From the human T2T-CHM13v2.0 reference genome, Homo sapiens, in assembly GCF_009914755.1 (NCBI RefSeq), contig NC_060934.1: a stretch of DNA of 64,000 nt. The stretch is one strand, 5' to 3'. Every line of letters begins with the position of its first letter. The stretch's first letter is position 1. The notes under the pieces are model-generated. The model had not been told where the DNA came from. It worked only from the letters and a program-made list of their open reading frames with translations, and ran no database searches. The position numbers and the translations under genes were made by a program. This document shows positions 14,510 through 27,855 of this stretch, piece by piece.

Positions 14510-14656
14510 GGTCCAAAGCTATCATAGTTACATGTGGTTATTTGAGTTAAAATGAAATAAAAAATGTTATTCCTTCATTGCACTAGTTAGGGGCTACCAT
14601 ATTAGCTTAATATAAAATATTTCTCTTATCATAGAAAGTTCTATTGAACAGCACTG
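14510..14656. mobile_element. MER3-type hAT-Charlie fragment
   Basis: Ends ATAGAAAGTTCTATTGAACAGCACTG, the MER3 terminus. Confidence 0.6.
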
Positions 14657-15503
14657 GTTCTGACTGTATGTGCTATAGATACACAAAAGAAAGAGAACAA
14701 AAAGATCACTGAACTGAAGTAATCATGGAAGGCTTCCTGCAGGAGGTAGTGGTGGGACTATGTAGACTTCCTGCTGAGGAAGAAAAGGAAAATAGGCAGT
14801 ACTTCAAAGAAATAAATAACAGACTAAGAAAACATAAACCTAAAGAAAACATTAGATTAGGAGAAATATTTGAGGAATGATTGTTGGATTTTCCAAGCAT
14901 TTTCTGAAATAGTTGGGATATAATTGTAATTTTTCTTTGAGACTGTATTTGGGCTTATGTCTTAGCTAAATGATGATGTTAATGATTAATCCATTGTTTT
15001 TGTTGCTGTTGGGCCTGCTTGTGTTTGTTGAGTGCTCACTCCATGCCTACCAAGAACCTCTATTTGCCTAATCCCAAACCTACCATGCTATCCTGCCTGC
15101 TGAAGTGGAACAGGGTGCCTGTAGATCACTAGTACTGGAATCTCAACTGGCAGATGGGAGGATGGAGAAATGGGAATCAGGGAGGCTGTGATATGGCTAT
15201 GAGTGGTCTGAGAGCCCCTGCAGCTTGTCTGGAAGAGACCATGACTTCTTGGTTAGCTCCAAGAGTCTCAGAATGTCATTCCTGGGGACTAGGGCCCTCC
15301 TTAATGAGCCAGTGGGTGCCCTATGGGATTGGACTCATGCTGAACAGGGATCAGGAGTCTCCATTATCACCTCTGCCACTGTCAGCTGTGTACAATCTTT
15401 GGCAAAGTCATTTCTCCTCTTTTTGCTTTTCTTTTCCAGTCTACCAACTTAGGAGACTGGATCCAAGAATAAAAGTATCCCTTCCTATTTTGGCATGCAG
15501 AGG

Positions 15504-15504
<1 letters not shown>

Positions 15505-15536
<32 letters not shown>
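15505..15536. repeat. (TTA)10 microsatellite
   Basis: Read directly. Confidence 0.95.
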
Positions 15537-16291
15537 TCTAAACTGTCCTGGCTATCCCTCCTTTAGAATCTAAGCCTTTTCCCTGGATGGGATTTGGAAA
15601 ACATGCAGGTTCCCGGAAATGAAAAAGTTTTAGAACTTCTAAAGCTGTTATAGTTGAGAAAGACATAGAGGTGACTTATTTCTTGAAGGAAAATGTGTGT
15701 GTGTTTGCAGAATCCGCAGCAGTAGACTTCCCCGAGGCAAATCAAACTTTCTGGTGCATTCTGTCCAAACCTCACAATTCAACAGAAAAATGCCTTTCCC
15801 CAGGAAGCTGGAGAAACAGCTGGAGCTGCTTGTTTTTCTAAATCATGCAGACTTCGGAGCTGGGAAGGAGATTGAGCTGTATGAGATATTTTAATATACA
15901 TTTAGGAGAAATTAATGAAGAAGTCCACAGCTTGGAGGCAGCCAGTTTCCACTAGTGTTGTTAAATATTAATGAAATTCTTTTACTCTTTGGGGCAAAGC
16001 AACATGCCTGGTGCACCTTTTAAAATTACTGCATTGCTGACAGGTAGCAGAGCTGAACAGAACTGCTAAACACGGTTATATTTAGCAAAGACCATTAAGA
16101 TGTTTCTTTCATTCTTAAAATTGCTTGAGAGAGAGCACCCTTCCTTCATAGATTACCAGTAATCCCTAGGGTTAATGGGACATTCAATAGATTTACCTAA
16201 GAAAACAACTGGAGAATTTTTGATAAGTAGTAAGGATACACCACAGCCCAATGTTTCCACAGATAAAAAATGCTTAGAAATAAGTAATTCA

Positions 16292-16596
16292 GGCCAGGAA
16301 CATGGGCTCACGCCTATAATCCCAGTACTTTGGGAGGCTGAGGTGGGCAGATCACTTGAGGTCAGGAGTTTGAGACCAGCCTGGCCAAACGGCAAAACCC
16401 CGTCTCTACTAAAAATACAAAAATTAACCGGGCATAGTGGTGGGTGCCTGTAATCCCAGGTACTCTGGAGGCTGAGGCAGGAGAATCACTTGAACCTGGG
16501 AGGCGGAGGTTTCAGTGATCTGAGATCGCGTCCCTGCACTTCAGCCTGGGTGACAGAGTGAGACTCTGTCTCAGAGAGGAAAAAAAAAAAAAAAAA
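16292..16596 (+). mobile_element. Alu, full length (AluS)
   Basis: Dimeric Alu with A tail. Degenerate TSD AGAAATAAG..AT.CAG. Confidence 0.95.
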
Positions 16597-16611
16597 GAGA
16601 AATAAGAGATC

Positions 16612-17070
16612 CAGTGGTGTACTTGTAAATATTTAACTGCTGGCTCTCTGGGAACTAACAAATTAATACTCCCTGATTAATGGTATCTGCTGATCATCAT
16701 ACATATTCCCATCATGGCAGATTTCAAACTACCAACCTGACATGAGTGAACGCAGAACTGGGGAGAGATAGCTAGTACCACAACATTATATAATATTCCC
16801 ACCATGCAGATACATGGATGTAAAGCACCTCAATAGCATGGACAATAGAATGATAGAATATTTTTATATAATATATATTATATATAATAATAAAATATAG
16901 CAATCAAGAATGTATGCTTTAAGTATTATCTTTGTAATATAATTTATGTAATTGAAATTTCATACAGTTTCATTTTTAATAGTGGCTTTAACAACCATTA
17001 ATTAGCTTGCAAAATTTCTGAGATGTTAACTGTGAGCTCTCATGGGCTACTACAAGCTGGCACAACACTG
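16612..17070 (-). mobile_element. MER63-type hAT-Blackjack element
   Basis: Termini CAGTGGTGT / ACAACACTG. Internal GATTTCAAACTACCAAC and GCAAAATTTCTGAGATGTTAAC match recalled MER63. Confidence 0.7.
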
Positions 17071-17376
17071 AGTCCATACGAACTGTCAGACTGAGATCTC
17101 CAGTAGTTAATCAGAAGCCTTGACCAAAACATTTACTTGGCAGCAGTGTCTGTTTCTCCTTCCTTCCTTCCAGCTTCATTTAAACATGCCAATATAAGAC
17201 TGATCTCAAGTTCCACCTTTCTATGTAGAAATCCATGATTCTTGTCACATTAACTCCACAGGAATCTGTTGGGCACTTGGGGCTACTCTCTGCAGTCCAC
17301 ATTGTAGCATCAGTTATGGGCCCACAGTCTTCCTGCAGAGATAGATGTAATGCAATCATGTAATGCAATGGGATAA

Positions 17377-17674
<298 letters not shown>

Positions 17675-19369
17675 TGCAACTGCTTTCTAATGTAATTGGA
17701 ATTCATTTACCCAATAAATATTTAATGCCTGAAATGTCCTAGGTACAGTTCTAAATTCATATTGGCCAAAAACAAACAAACAAACAAAAACTGAAAATTA
17801 TCCCTGCTCTTTTGTAGCTTCCACTTATAGTTACCAACAGGTTATGACCCCAGAGATTTTGTCTGGGGAAGCAGTGATGGCCTTCTATGACCTAGATATT
17901 AAAGAAGGATAAGTAGGAAACTACCAAACATAGAAAAAAGTGGAATGCTTCAAGCCTGAGGGATTACATATAGAAAGATAAAGAGGGTTGAAAAGGCTGG
18001 CTAGAAGTGTTCAGTTAAGAGTTTGATGAGAAGATAGGTAAGAAGGTGGGGTGGGGTCAGACTCGGAAGATATTGTGTACGATCTCATTAATCAATTGGT
18101 TCTTCTTAGCTCTACTGTTTAGTGCTGTGTTGCATATGGTTTTATTCTGTTCTTTAGTCATGTTTGGGGTATGCTGTATCTCTCTCCCCCAAAGACTGAA
18201 AAACCTTTGAGGACACGGATTATCACACCTTTTTAAGTTTTTTATTATTATTATTATTTTACAGGGCAGAGCACATAGTGAGTTGTAAATAGATGTGGAA
18301 TTAAATTTAAATTTTTAGTCCCCTCTCCCCTTCATTCCTGTTGTAGATATACACACAGAAAATTTGCCTCTGTTTTCATTGGACTTCCACAAAATCTTGG
18401 CTCAAAGAATATACAGGAAGCAGAAAAAGAAAGGAGTTGTGGGTTCTGAGAAAGCAACTTCTTTTCTGCTGCTTCATGTTTTATTAACACTTAATGGATT
18501 AATATTTATATGTTCAGTTTATTTTGCCCCATCGGTGGGTTTCAGAAAACCCTAAGATGCTTGACTTAGAAACATGAATTCAGCCAAGTGAAGCTACCCT
18601 CAATGATCTCTGGTTGGCTACAAGAGCAATAATACCTTCTACCTACTTTATTGTTCTTCTACTTTGACATTTACACACCCAGGAGTCTTCTGAAACTCCA
18701 AGAAGTAGGGAAGCACTGTTTGGACTTCAGATAGGGGACCTCCTTTTCTACACTGCTCTGTTACTTTCCCATTTTGCATCAGGGAGAAGAGGGGAAAGAA
18801 ATAGTAGCGGACTTTCTTTCTTCATTTTATTATGGCTAGGATTTTAAAGAAACACACAAAAAGAGCTACAGTGTAGTTTTATTTTATTTTTAGGGAAATA
18901 GGGGCCTTTGTTTTATCTCATCAGGAAAAGTTTGAATGACTCTATGTGTCCATGTGAATGGACATGTATATACTTGTTTCAGAGAGGGTGAGTCATTGTC
19001 TTTGTTGTCATGTACTTATTTCAATAATTCTACTGTGACTTAAAATGTATTTTTAACAGCATCCTCCGCATTTACTCCCAAGCCAATGTACCTGCCACAT
19101 TATTTATATCAATACCTTTTTAAACCTAGAATTTCTATTTGCTAAGTTGCTATTTTGTTCTGTTGACTGGACTCCAAATGATTTGGAATTATTTATAAAG
19201 CTAAAAGTTCATTTTCAAAATATGAATATTTACCCTCACTGGGGATATTTAAAACAATGTGTTATGACTTTCTGGATGGCAATAGGGACATGTATATGTT
19301 TGTGTGTGCCTGCGGTTATTTTAGCGTTTGTACATATATACTACTATGCAATATTCATTTTCCTGACAG

Positions 19370-19483
19370 TGACTATGGGTATGAGAGACATGGGGAGAGC
19401 CAGTGTGTCCCAGCTTTCTGGTACAATCCAGCATCCCCATCAAAGGACTGCAGCCTTGGTCAAAGCTACCTTAACAGCACTGG
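19370..19483 (+). CDS. SORCS3: SORCS3 coding exon (~exon 17, 114 nt), 10CC region
   Basis: cag|T GAC TAT ... ACT GG|gtaagt. (C)DYGYERHGESQCVPAFWYNPASPSKDCSLGQSYLNST(G). Confidence 0.97.
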
Positions 19484-20101
19484 GTAAGTAAAACACCTAC
19501 AGGAACTCAGCTCCCTGTTTTCCTGTTTCTCTAAACTAGGACCAAAGGAAATGCATTGCTATTGAATACAATGGAGTGAAGATGGAGTCTGTTTATAACA
19601 AATGGCATTTGAAGGGAAGTGAGGAGTTCTTTAGCTGAGAGTATCTATTTGGGGAGCATCAGAAGAGATTTCTGATCAACCAGATTTCAATAACTTTGAA
19701 TATTTGCTTATGATAGACCATAGTTACTGTTTTGGTTAATCCTTCTCTTCTGGAAGGTCATGTAGTCTTATTCCTTGACACTCAAGTGAATTAAATTCAT
19801 ACAAGTGATGTGCAGATATTACACTACTCTCTAGTGAAAGATGAACTGAAACTCTGTGACACTGATGCTGAAAACTTAAAATGAAAATTCAAAAGTTCCA
19901 TTCTAGGAATTCCTGGAATAAAAATGTCAAGGATCCCTTTCAGGAATTCTCAAATGACGTGTGTGTTTATCTCTTTGTTCATGTATTAGTTACTCTTTCG
20001 CATGCTTGAAAAACATTTTCTTGAAGATTTGTTGTCTTGCCCTTTCCTTTGCTGCCTCTATAACCAAGAACGGATTTCACAAGTGGATGGGTGGTCTAAG
20101 A

Positions 20102-20255
20102 CAGCACCTCTCAAATGTTAATGTGCCTATCAATCATCTGGGGATCTTTTTAAAATGCAGCTTCTGATTTGGGAGATCTGGGGTGGTGGGGAAATTTTTC
20201 CTTTCTGTGAGCTCCGATGTGATGTCGATATTGCTGGTCTCTGGACCAGAGTTGT
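20102..20255. mobile_element. MER5-type MITE
   Basis: CTCAAA...AATCATCTGGGGATCTTTTTAAAATGCAG...GCTGGTCTCTGGACCA. Confidence 0.6.
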
Positions 20256-21125
20256 TCTGGATGCCAGTCTTAACTCTCCCAATGGATCTTCTGTCATCTC
20301 AGTCAAGTTATTCATCTTCTTGATGCTTTTGTCATAGCTAGTTGTAACATAATCAGTTAGGTAGATGTAGATAGGTTGAGTACTATCTACCTAACTGATG
20401 TCAACAAAGGAAAAAATATGATGAAAAAGAAGTGCTGACTGGTCTGAGATACTCTGAAATGCATGCCAACTATTTAGTTCTGGGAGGGCTATTCCTGGAG
20501 CCTGAGCTAAGGCTCAAGGATCTTTGCTGTTATTTAATTGTAGGAGTCTAGTTTAGGGACTTAAGGCATTCAAATTGCAGATCCAACAGCATGAAGTTAA
20601 AGAGATTGTGGTGTCAGAGAATAAAGTGCCAGGAAGTTTGAGGAAAGGGAGTATTATGCGCACAAGTTATTAGCTGGGCCACCAATTTCCCAGTCAGGGC
20701 CTAAGCTGAATGTGATTGCAGGTTAAAACAGAATTATAAAAGAATTGAATTAAAGCATTTCATAGGATCATGTGACATGTGTAGGTAGACCACATTTTAA
20801 GCAACTTAGTTATGCCAAAATCCCAAATAGCTAACAAAATAATTCAGGAGAATGAAAAGGAATGGCAATTAAAAAAAAAGAAAACAAATATGCTACAGAT
20901 GTCTACCAATACCTCCAGATTGTGTAAATGTTGGCTTATGTTTACAAAATCATCAACCAGCTTGAGTTAATGGCCAATTGAGGCTGAAAAAGAAGAGTAG
21001 ATGATATCAAGTTTGTGTTAGGACATGGTACCCACTGAAATACCTATCATCAGTAAAAACTGAGTGTCTTGTAACTATGCATCCTGAGAAAGTATAAATT
21101 GATTACAAATCTTGACTGTCTAGAC

Positions 21126-21347
21126 CAGTGATGACCAAATTAACTATAATATGAGGCATATATGTAATTTCAGATTTTCTAGTAGCCACATTAAAAATGT
21201 AAAAAATAAGGTGATATTAATTTTAATAATGTTTTCTTTAACCCAAAATTTCCAAAATATTATCATTTCAACTGTCACACTAATGATATTTCAAGTGCTC
21301 AGTAGCCACAAGGTGCGCTACCATATTGCCTACCATATGGACAAGTG
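21126..21347. mobile_element. MER33-type hAT-Charlie element
   Basis: TGTAATTTCAGATTTTCTAGTAGCCACATTAAAAA ... TTTCAAGTGCTCAGTAGCCACA. Confidence 0.7.
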
Positions 21348-21683
21348 GTGCTATGTTAACCAGAATAACTTTAGACCCATTATAAGCTCAGTTGACAAAA
21401 AAGATGTATATATGCAAGAAAATATATCATAATTTGATCTGAGACAGTAATGACATACAACATTAGCTTAATATCCCCTGGGATCCCTGAATGGAGGTAT
21501 AGTTCAGCAGTGGGGTGGCAGGGGGTACCCAGGGAAAATGTCAGGTATGATGGAAGACTAATATCTTTCAAAAAGAGTTATAAATTTCTCTGTTTTTGAA
21601 ACCACCATAGGAAGGCAACATAGATGGATTTGTTAATTATTCTTGACATAGTGAGTGAAAGAAGACAAAATGTAATGGGCATG

Positions 21684-21752
21684 TAATGGTGATGATGATG
21701 GTGATAATAATGCTGCTGGTGATGATGGTGGTGATGGTCATAGTGGTGGTGT
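21684..21752. repeat. Degenerate (TGA/TGG)n trinucleotide repeat
   Basis: Read directly. It is the source of the poly-His ORF on the minus strand. Confidence 0.85.
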
Positions 21753-22597
21753 GTTTCTTTCATGTGGTTTTTTACCAGAACATTTGTTTTTTCAGTGCAG
21801 CCTTATAGATGGTCATGTGCCTGGAAATATGCCCATCATGCAGATCAGGGTTGTAGGAAAGCTCTTGGCTTGACTTCATATGCTGGGGTTGGTGGGCAAG
21901 GAAGATGACATGGTGTCATTGTACATAATGATGTCCTTGTCACAGAAGGTCATAGTGCTTTGTCAGGTGATTTTCCCATGCCGACCTCCTCTATAAGATA
22001 ATTTTACATAGTGGGATAGTGAGATTGAATAGGAGTTTCAAATCTGTGCTTCTAATCTGGAGTTTATGCTGAGTGGGAAATGAAATATTAGCAAGGAGAA
22101 AAAAAATGTGCTCTGAAACAGCCCAGTGGCTCCACAGAAAGGGCTATTAGGCATTAGGGGAAGGAATGATGCCCTGGAGGAATAGGGAAGATAGGAATCA
22201 GCCTCCTGATTAATCAGAGTTAGAAAAAGTCTGATGTTCTACCTGCTTTCTGGTACAGAGAAAGCTGGAGATGGCCTCTGGGAGATAGAAACAGGTCTGT
22301 CCCTCACAAGTAGAAGCACCTGCTTTTCCCATTTCCTGAGTCCAATGAGTCTGCCTCCTCTTTTGTTGTGTGAGTCAGACATTGATTTTCCTTGTCTGGT
22401 TTAGACACTGATCCAATCTGTGGCTCACCAGGTAGGATCAATAATAACGTTTAAGGAGCTACTCTTACCAAGATGGAGGGATAGCAGGTCCTCAGCATTT
22501 GTTCAGCTTCGTAAATGACTGTCTTTTTGAGACTTGGTTTCCAGGGGCCGCTGTGTGAAGCACCTGTTTTGCTCTTGCTCTCTTACATTCCCTTTAT

Positions 22598-22651
22598 AAC
22601 ACACACACACACACATACAACAGCAACAACAACACAATCAACACAAACCAC
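22598..22651 (+). repeat. (CA)n/(CAA)n-rich tract just upstream of the exon at 22675
   Basis: AACACACACACACACATACAACAGCAACAACAACACAATCAACACAAACCAC-type tract, read directly. Confidence 0.85.
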
Positions 22652-22674
22652 TATCAATTGTCAATTCTACTTAG

Positions 22675-22846
22675 GTATCGGCGGATTGTGTCCAACAACT
22701 GCACAGATGGGCTAAGGGAGAAGTACACCGCCAAGGCCCAGATGTGCCCTGGAAAAGCCCCTCGGGGCCTCCATGTGGTGACGACCGATGGGCGGCTGGT
22801 GGCAGAGCAGGGGCACAATGCAACTTTCATCATCCTCATGGAGGAG
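22675..22846 (+). CDS. SORCS3: SORCS3 coding exon (~exon 18, 172 nt), end of 10CC and start of PKD1
   Basis: ttag|G TAT CGG ... GAG GAG|gtaggt. YRRIVSNNCTDGLREKYTAKAQMCPGKAPRGLHVVTTDGRLVAEQGHNATFIILMEE. Confidence 0.97.
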
Positions 22847-25168
22847 GTAGGTGCTCAACTGGGTCTCTGAGGTCAGAACTCCCAACCAGACCATTCCCAG
22901 AAGGGAAGAAGAAGATCTTACATTCCCACAGACCCCTGCACCAAAGTCAATGGTGAGAAGCTGAAATTTCTGGAAAGAAGACAGACAAGGGTGAAAGAGG
23001 GCTTAGGGTATTTACTGACCCTCCTCCCTTTATCCCACAATAAAGACCCAGTCCGCAGTGGGAGCCCACTTGCCTCTGGAGCATGCAGATCTGGATATAT
23101 TCTTCAGGGTCTCCATTAAAGTCTGCTTTGCTGAGGAATATTTATTACCATAAGACCATAAACTGTAAACTTGGCCAGAGGAAGGAAATGTGAATTTTAT
23201 CTGTTGCTTTTAGGAGCCTCTTTTGCTTTATTCTGACCCTTAATCCCACTGATTAGAAAAGCCCACAAAGCTTTCACAAGGCCTTAAAAGTAAGAGCATG
23301 AGGATGGGGAAGATTATTGAAATCCTTTAAAGTTATCTTTATAAAGAATGTTGTATTAGTTGCTTTTCTATCAGCTAGATGCTGTATTCTTTCACTTTTT
23401 TAGTGTCTTCTGAAATCTGGGCAGTAAAATCAGACTACATACATTGATTCCAGTATGGGAATATCTCTGTTGTCTGCTTCTTTTATAAGCTGTTGAATTG
23501 CTTCCTATACTAGGGCATTTTAGGCACTCTTTGCTGAGTGGTAGAGCAGGAAGGCTTGCTTGATTGACACAGCCCTCTAAATTTATATGCAAATTGCTCT
23601 GTGCTCTTGAGATCTTGGAAAGAAGGCAAAACAGGCCAGGAGTCATTTTTTTTCACAAGTATGAGCACTTCAGAAACCTTTAAAAGTCAGGAGCACACTG
23701 GACAGGGTGGTGAAGGTTCCTTATCCTGGGTTGACAGATTTCTCAGCCTTCACTCACAGCAGGTGCTGGAATTAAAGGACTTTAAGATTCAGAGGAGGTC
23801 ATTATCACATTTCCACTAGGGAGTTTCCAGGACCACAGCTATAAAAACCTTCTCTTGAATGGGTGTGAAGAGCCACGATCTTATCCGTTTGAATTGCCTC
23901 CAGTTCATTTCCACTTTAATTTATATTCATAAACTCAAGGATAGTTGACATTGTGTGGGGGGCAAGAGAGTACCTATCAATATTTCATTCACATCTGGGC
24001 TGCCATGGGGGAAGAAATGGAAAGTGAAACTGTGATCAGTGCACATTCACTGGGCAGAAGGATTGGCTCATAATTCCAAAATGATGTATTTCTCTCTTTA
24101 TTCTATCACTCATCTTCATATATGAACAGAGCAATGCTATTCTTCATATAGGATCTTTGTTTTGTGGTCAAGTGCATTGTGTTGATCCAAAGTGTTGGCC
24201 CAATATAATGGTGGGGTGGGGGGGTGGGGACCAAGAAGAATGAGGTTCAGCATAGACCCTTAAGAAGCTAAGTGTTGGCTTGGGGTGGTGAGATGCATTC
24301 ACCTGAATCATTGGCATCATGTTACCAGGTAGTACACAGAGAGCTCTTTCCAAGAGACAGAGATATCTGTGAACTGGGACAATCTGAAAAGGCTTCAGGG
24401 AAGAGGAGGCTTAAGTAGATTTAGGGAAGTCCAAGGATAAGAGAACAAGGGTATAATTTGGGGTGGTATGCAGTATTCATCTGTAGAATGGGAATCGCCA
24501 TCCTATCCCTGCTGTTGTTTTGCAGATGGTGTTATATAATATGTATTAAGTGAGTAGCATAATTCTGGTAACATAGCAAATACTCAAAATAGGAGCAATT
24601 ACAACTATAGCATGGCAACTGAGGGCATTATTATTGAAACCAGACTGGGTCTGGAACCTGGTCTTCCTGTACTCACTATGAAACTTTGGTCTAACTACTT
24701 ATTTTTGTCCCCAGACAAATGGGGACAAAAATACTTTCTATAATATGGAATTATGAGGAGACTGCTTGCTTGGCACTAATAAAAAAAACCTCGGTAACTA
24801 TTAGCTGCTACTATGATTGCAATTATTATTATGACACAAAAGGAGAATTAAACTATGTATGTGAGGGAGTCAGTGAAACCCTTGGCTTCCCTTCAGAACT
24901 TTACAGAGGGTCTACCTTGCCCACTATTGTCAGTGTCATACCAACTCAGCTTGCCCCGAGCTTGGGCGATGAGGACAATAGGTCCATAGTGCCTGCCCGT
25001 AGTACCCTGCGGATCAGATAGGAGTGTGATCATTGTGTTGCAGGTGTTTCAGCCCTTTGGGAAAGACTATGGGTCATCAGAGGTTGATGCTGAAGCAACA
25101 GGAGGAAGCATCAGATAGGAGTCTGGCTGGACCAAGTAAATTGACCCGTCTGCTATGCCATCTTGCAG

Positions 25169-25355
25169 GGTGATCTACAAAGGACAAACATCCAGCTTGA
25201 CTTTGGGGATGGGATTGCTGTGTCCTACGCAAACTTCAGCCCCATCGAGGACGGCATCAAGCACGTGTATAAGAGTGCGGGGATCTTCCAGGTGACAGCC
25301 TATGCAGAGAACAACCTTGGCTCAGACACAGCTGTCCTCTTCCTGCATGTGGTTT
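25169..25355 (+). CDS. SORCS3: SORCS3 coding exon (~exon 19, 187 nt), PKD domain
   Basis: gcag|GGT GAT ... GTT T|gtaagt. GDLQRTNIQLDFGDGIAVSYANFSPIEDGIKHVYKSAGIFQVTAYAENNLGSDTAVLFLHVV, with the PKD DFGDG...HVY...G motif. Confidence 0.97.
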
Positions 25356-26967
25356 GTAAGTAGGAGGCACCATCCCCGTTTTCCCTTTGTTCCCAGTTGG
25401 CAACTTGCTCTGTTCAGACTTCCTAAAATTCAGAGCTGAGCCCAGGTTCAGTGTGACTACTACAATTACCCAAACCAAATGGTGGAGATATGTACTCATC
25501 TGTGTTTCTGAGTATTATGGTACTGAAATAGATTGATTATTTTGAAGTTCGGATAACATATTACCACCTGGGCCGTCCTTTTCAGCACCACTCTGCTCTG
25601 ATATAAATGTGTGCGTGCACACACATTCAGGTAAAAGTCTCCTCTCTTCCTTTTGGAGAATCCTCAAAATGAAAAAGATAGAAACAAGCCTTCTGGTTGA
25701 TAGTCTCAGGCTCATTCTCAATCTATTATGAATGAAGACTGCACAAATCAAAGTCAACTGTTATTTGTGTTGTAAGAGCCAGAGAAGGATTAAAGAAACA
25801 TGTTTAGATATTTTTAATTTAGAACTAAACACACACACAAAATTAATTTTTACATACAAGGTTACTGCAAGTTCATTCTGTTTTGACAATTCTAAGAACT
25901 CTCCAAAAATATTTTGTTGTGCTAGAATCTATTTCATTGCTATTGGCTGTTGCTTGGCACAAACCAAAAGAACAGTTGGTGTTCCAAAATATTTCATTTG
26001 TGCTGGATGCATTTTGTGTATTTTCTATTCTAGAATTTGATGCATGTAAACTGAAACTTTAATATTGTGATTTTAGGATGTCGGGTCGAGGAAATGTTGT
26101 CTTGGGGCTGGGATTGGTTTCCCACATGTGTATCAGTGATATTCGTGGGTCTAAGGACTTCCATGGTTCTTACTTACATACCCCACAAGAGTTTCCAGGT
26201 AATATGCTACATATAGTGAAAATCATAAGTTCTGAAAGAGTCTAAGTGAAAACAAGGAGCACCCTCCTATTAACAACTCAGTGATGGCATCAACTCTATT
26301 GTATAAACAACCTACACCTTAAGAGGTCCCTGGCAAACAGTAAGCTAGCTAGTCTCCTGGCTCTCCAGTCACAATGCCGGTAAAGGGACCAAAAGTGGTA
26401 AGGGATGTGTGTGAGAGGAGACCTGGATTATGTAGCTCAGTCATGTCCCTAAAAATGCCAGGCTACATGGCCATGAGATAAATGATTTCATTTCTCAATC
26501 TCCTGAACTCCAATTTTAAAATGGCTTAATTCTGACTGCTACCTTGCCTCGTGGGGCTTTTGTAATAGTAAACACACAAAAAACACCCAATCATTCACTA
26601 ATTAATTTAACAAAAATTTGTTGAAGTCTTAAAATGTGCAAGGCACTCTGCTAGGCACTGGGAGGTAACAATGCAGATATGGCCCTCCTCTTACAGAGTT
26701 TCCATTCTGGTGGGGAAGTGGGGTGCTGCTACAAATGAGCCATAAATAGGCAAAGTGGTGAGAACCACACCACATCAACTACAACCATTCTGTGTCAGAA
26801 GCACCAGGTCAGAAACCCAGGTGGGTGATGTGCACGGTGTTCATGAGCCCAGGCTTCAGAACAAGGGAGATCTGTGCTTGAATTCTGATCACATTCCTTT
26901 GTTAAATGTCTACTATTGGTCAATGTTCTTAGCCTTTATAAACCTCCAATTTCTTATCTTCATTGCT

Positions 26968-27285
<318 letters not shown>

Positions 27286-27327
27286 CTAAAAGGGAGGCTG
27301 TGAGAATCAAACTGGATGAGGTGTGCA

Positions 27328-27855
27328 TGTGTTGGGTATCCCCAAGACCACCACCAGGTTTGGTGATTCACTAGGCATACCCACAGGGCTCAGCTAAAGT
27401 TTCACTCATGACTATGATTCATTACAGCGAAAGGGTACAAAACAAAATCAGCAAAGGGAAAAGGCTCAGGGGGCAAAGTCTAGAGGAAACGAGGCAGAAG
27501 CTTCCATGAGTTTTCTCCCCACAAAGTCACACAGGACACTCCTTTATCCAGCAATGAGTTGTAACATGTATAAAAAGGCTGCCTAAAACAGAAACTCATT
27601 AGAGACTCAGTGCCCATAGTTTTTAATGGGGGCCAGTCATGTAGGTACCTTCTGCCTGGCATATACCAAAACTCCAGATTCCCAATGGAAAGCATTGGGA
27701 ATAAACCATACTGTTTTCAAGAACAGTTTAGGCAGAGTGAACCACTCTTATCAGTTAACGGTTGACTGGATGTTCCCAGATACCAGCCTGGGGCCAACTT
27801 ACATGCAGACCTTCCTCAGGACAGCAATTTCAGGTCCATGTTATCTTTTGGCACA
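27328..27855 (-). mobile_element. MER21-type solo LTR, internally shortened
   Basis: TG...CA termini. CCCCAAGACCACC...GGTGATTCACTAG and CAAAATCAGCAAAGGGAAAAGG match recalled MER21. Flanked by GTGTGCA direct repeats. Confidence 0.8.

Noticed and set aside
21578-21763. Poly-His ORF on the minus strand
   Set aside because: Translation of a (TGA/TGG)n simple repeat, with no gene context.
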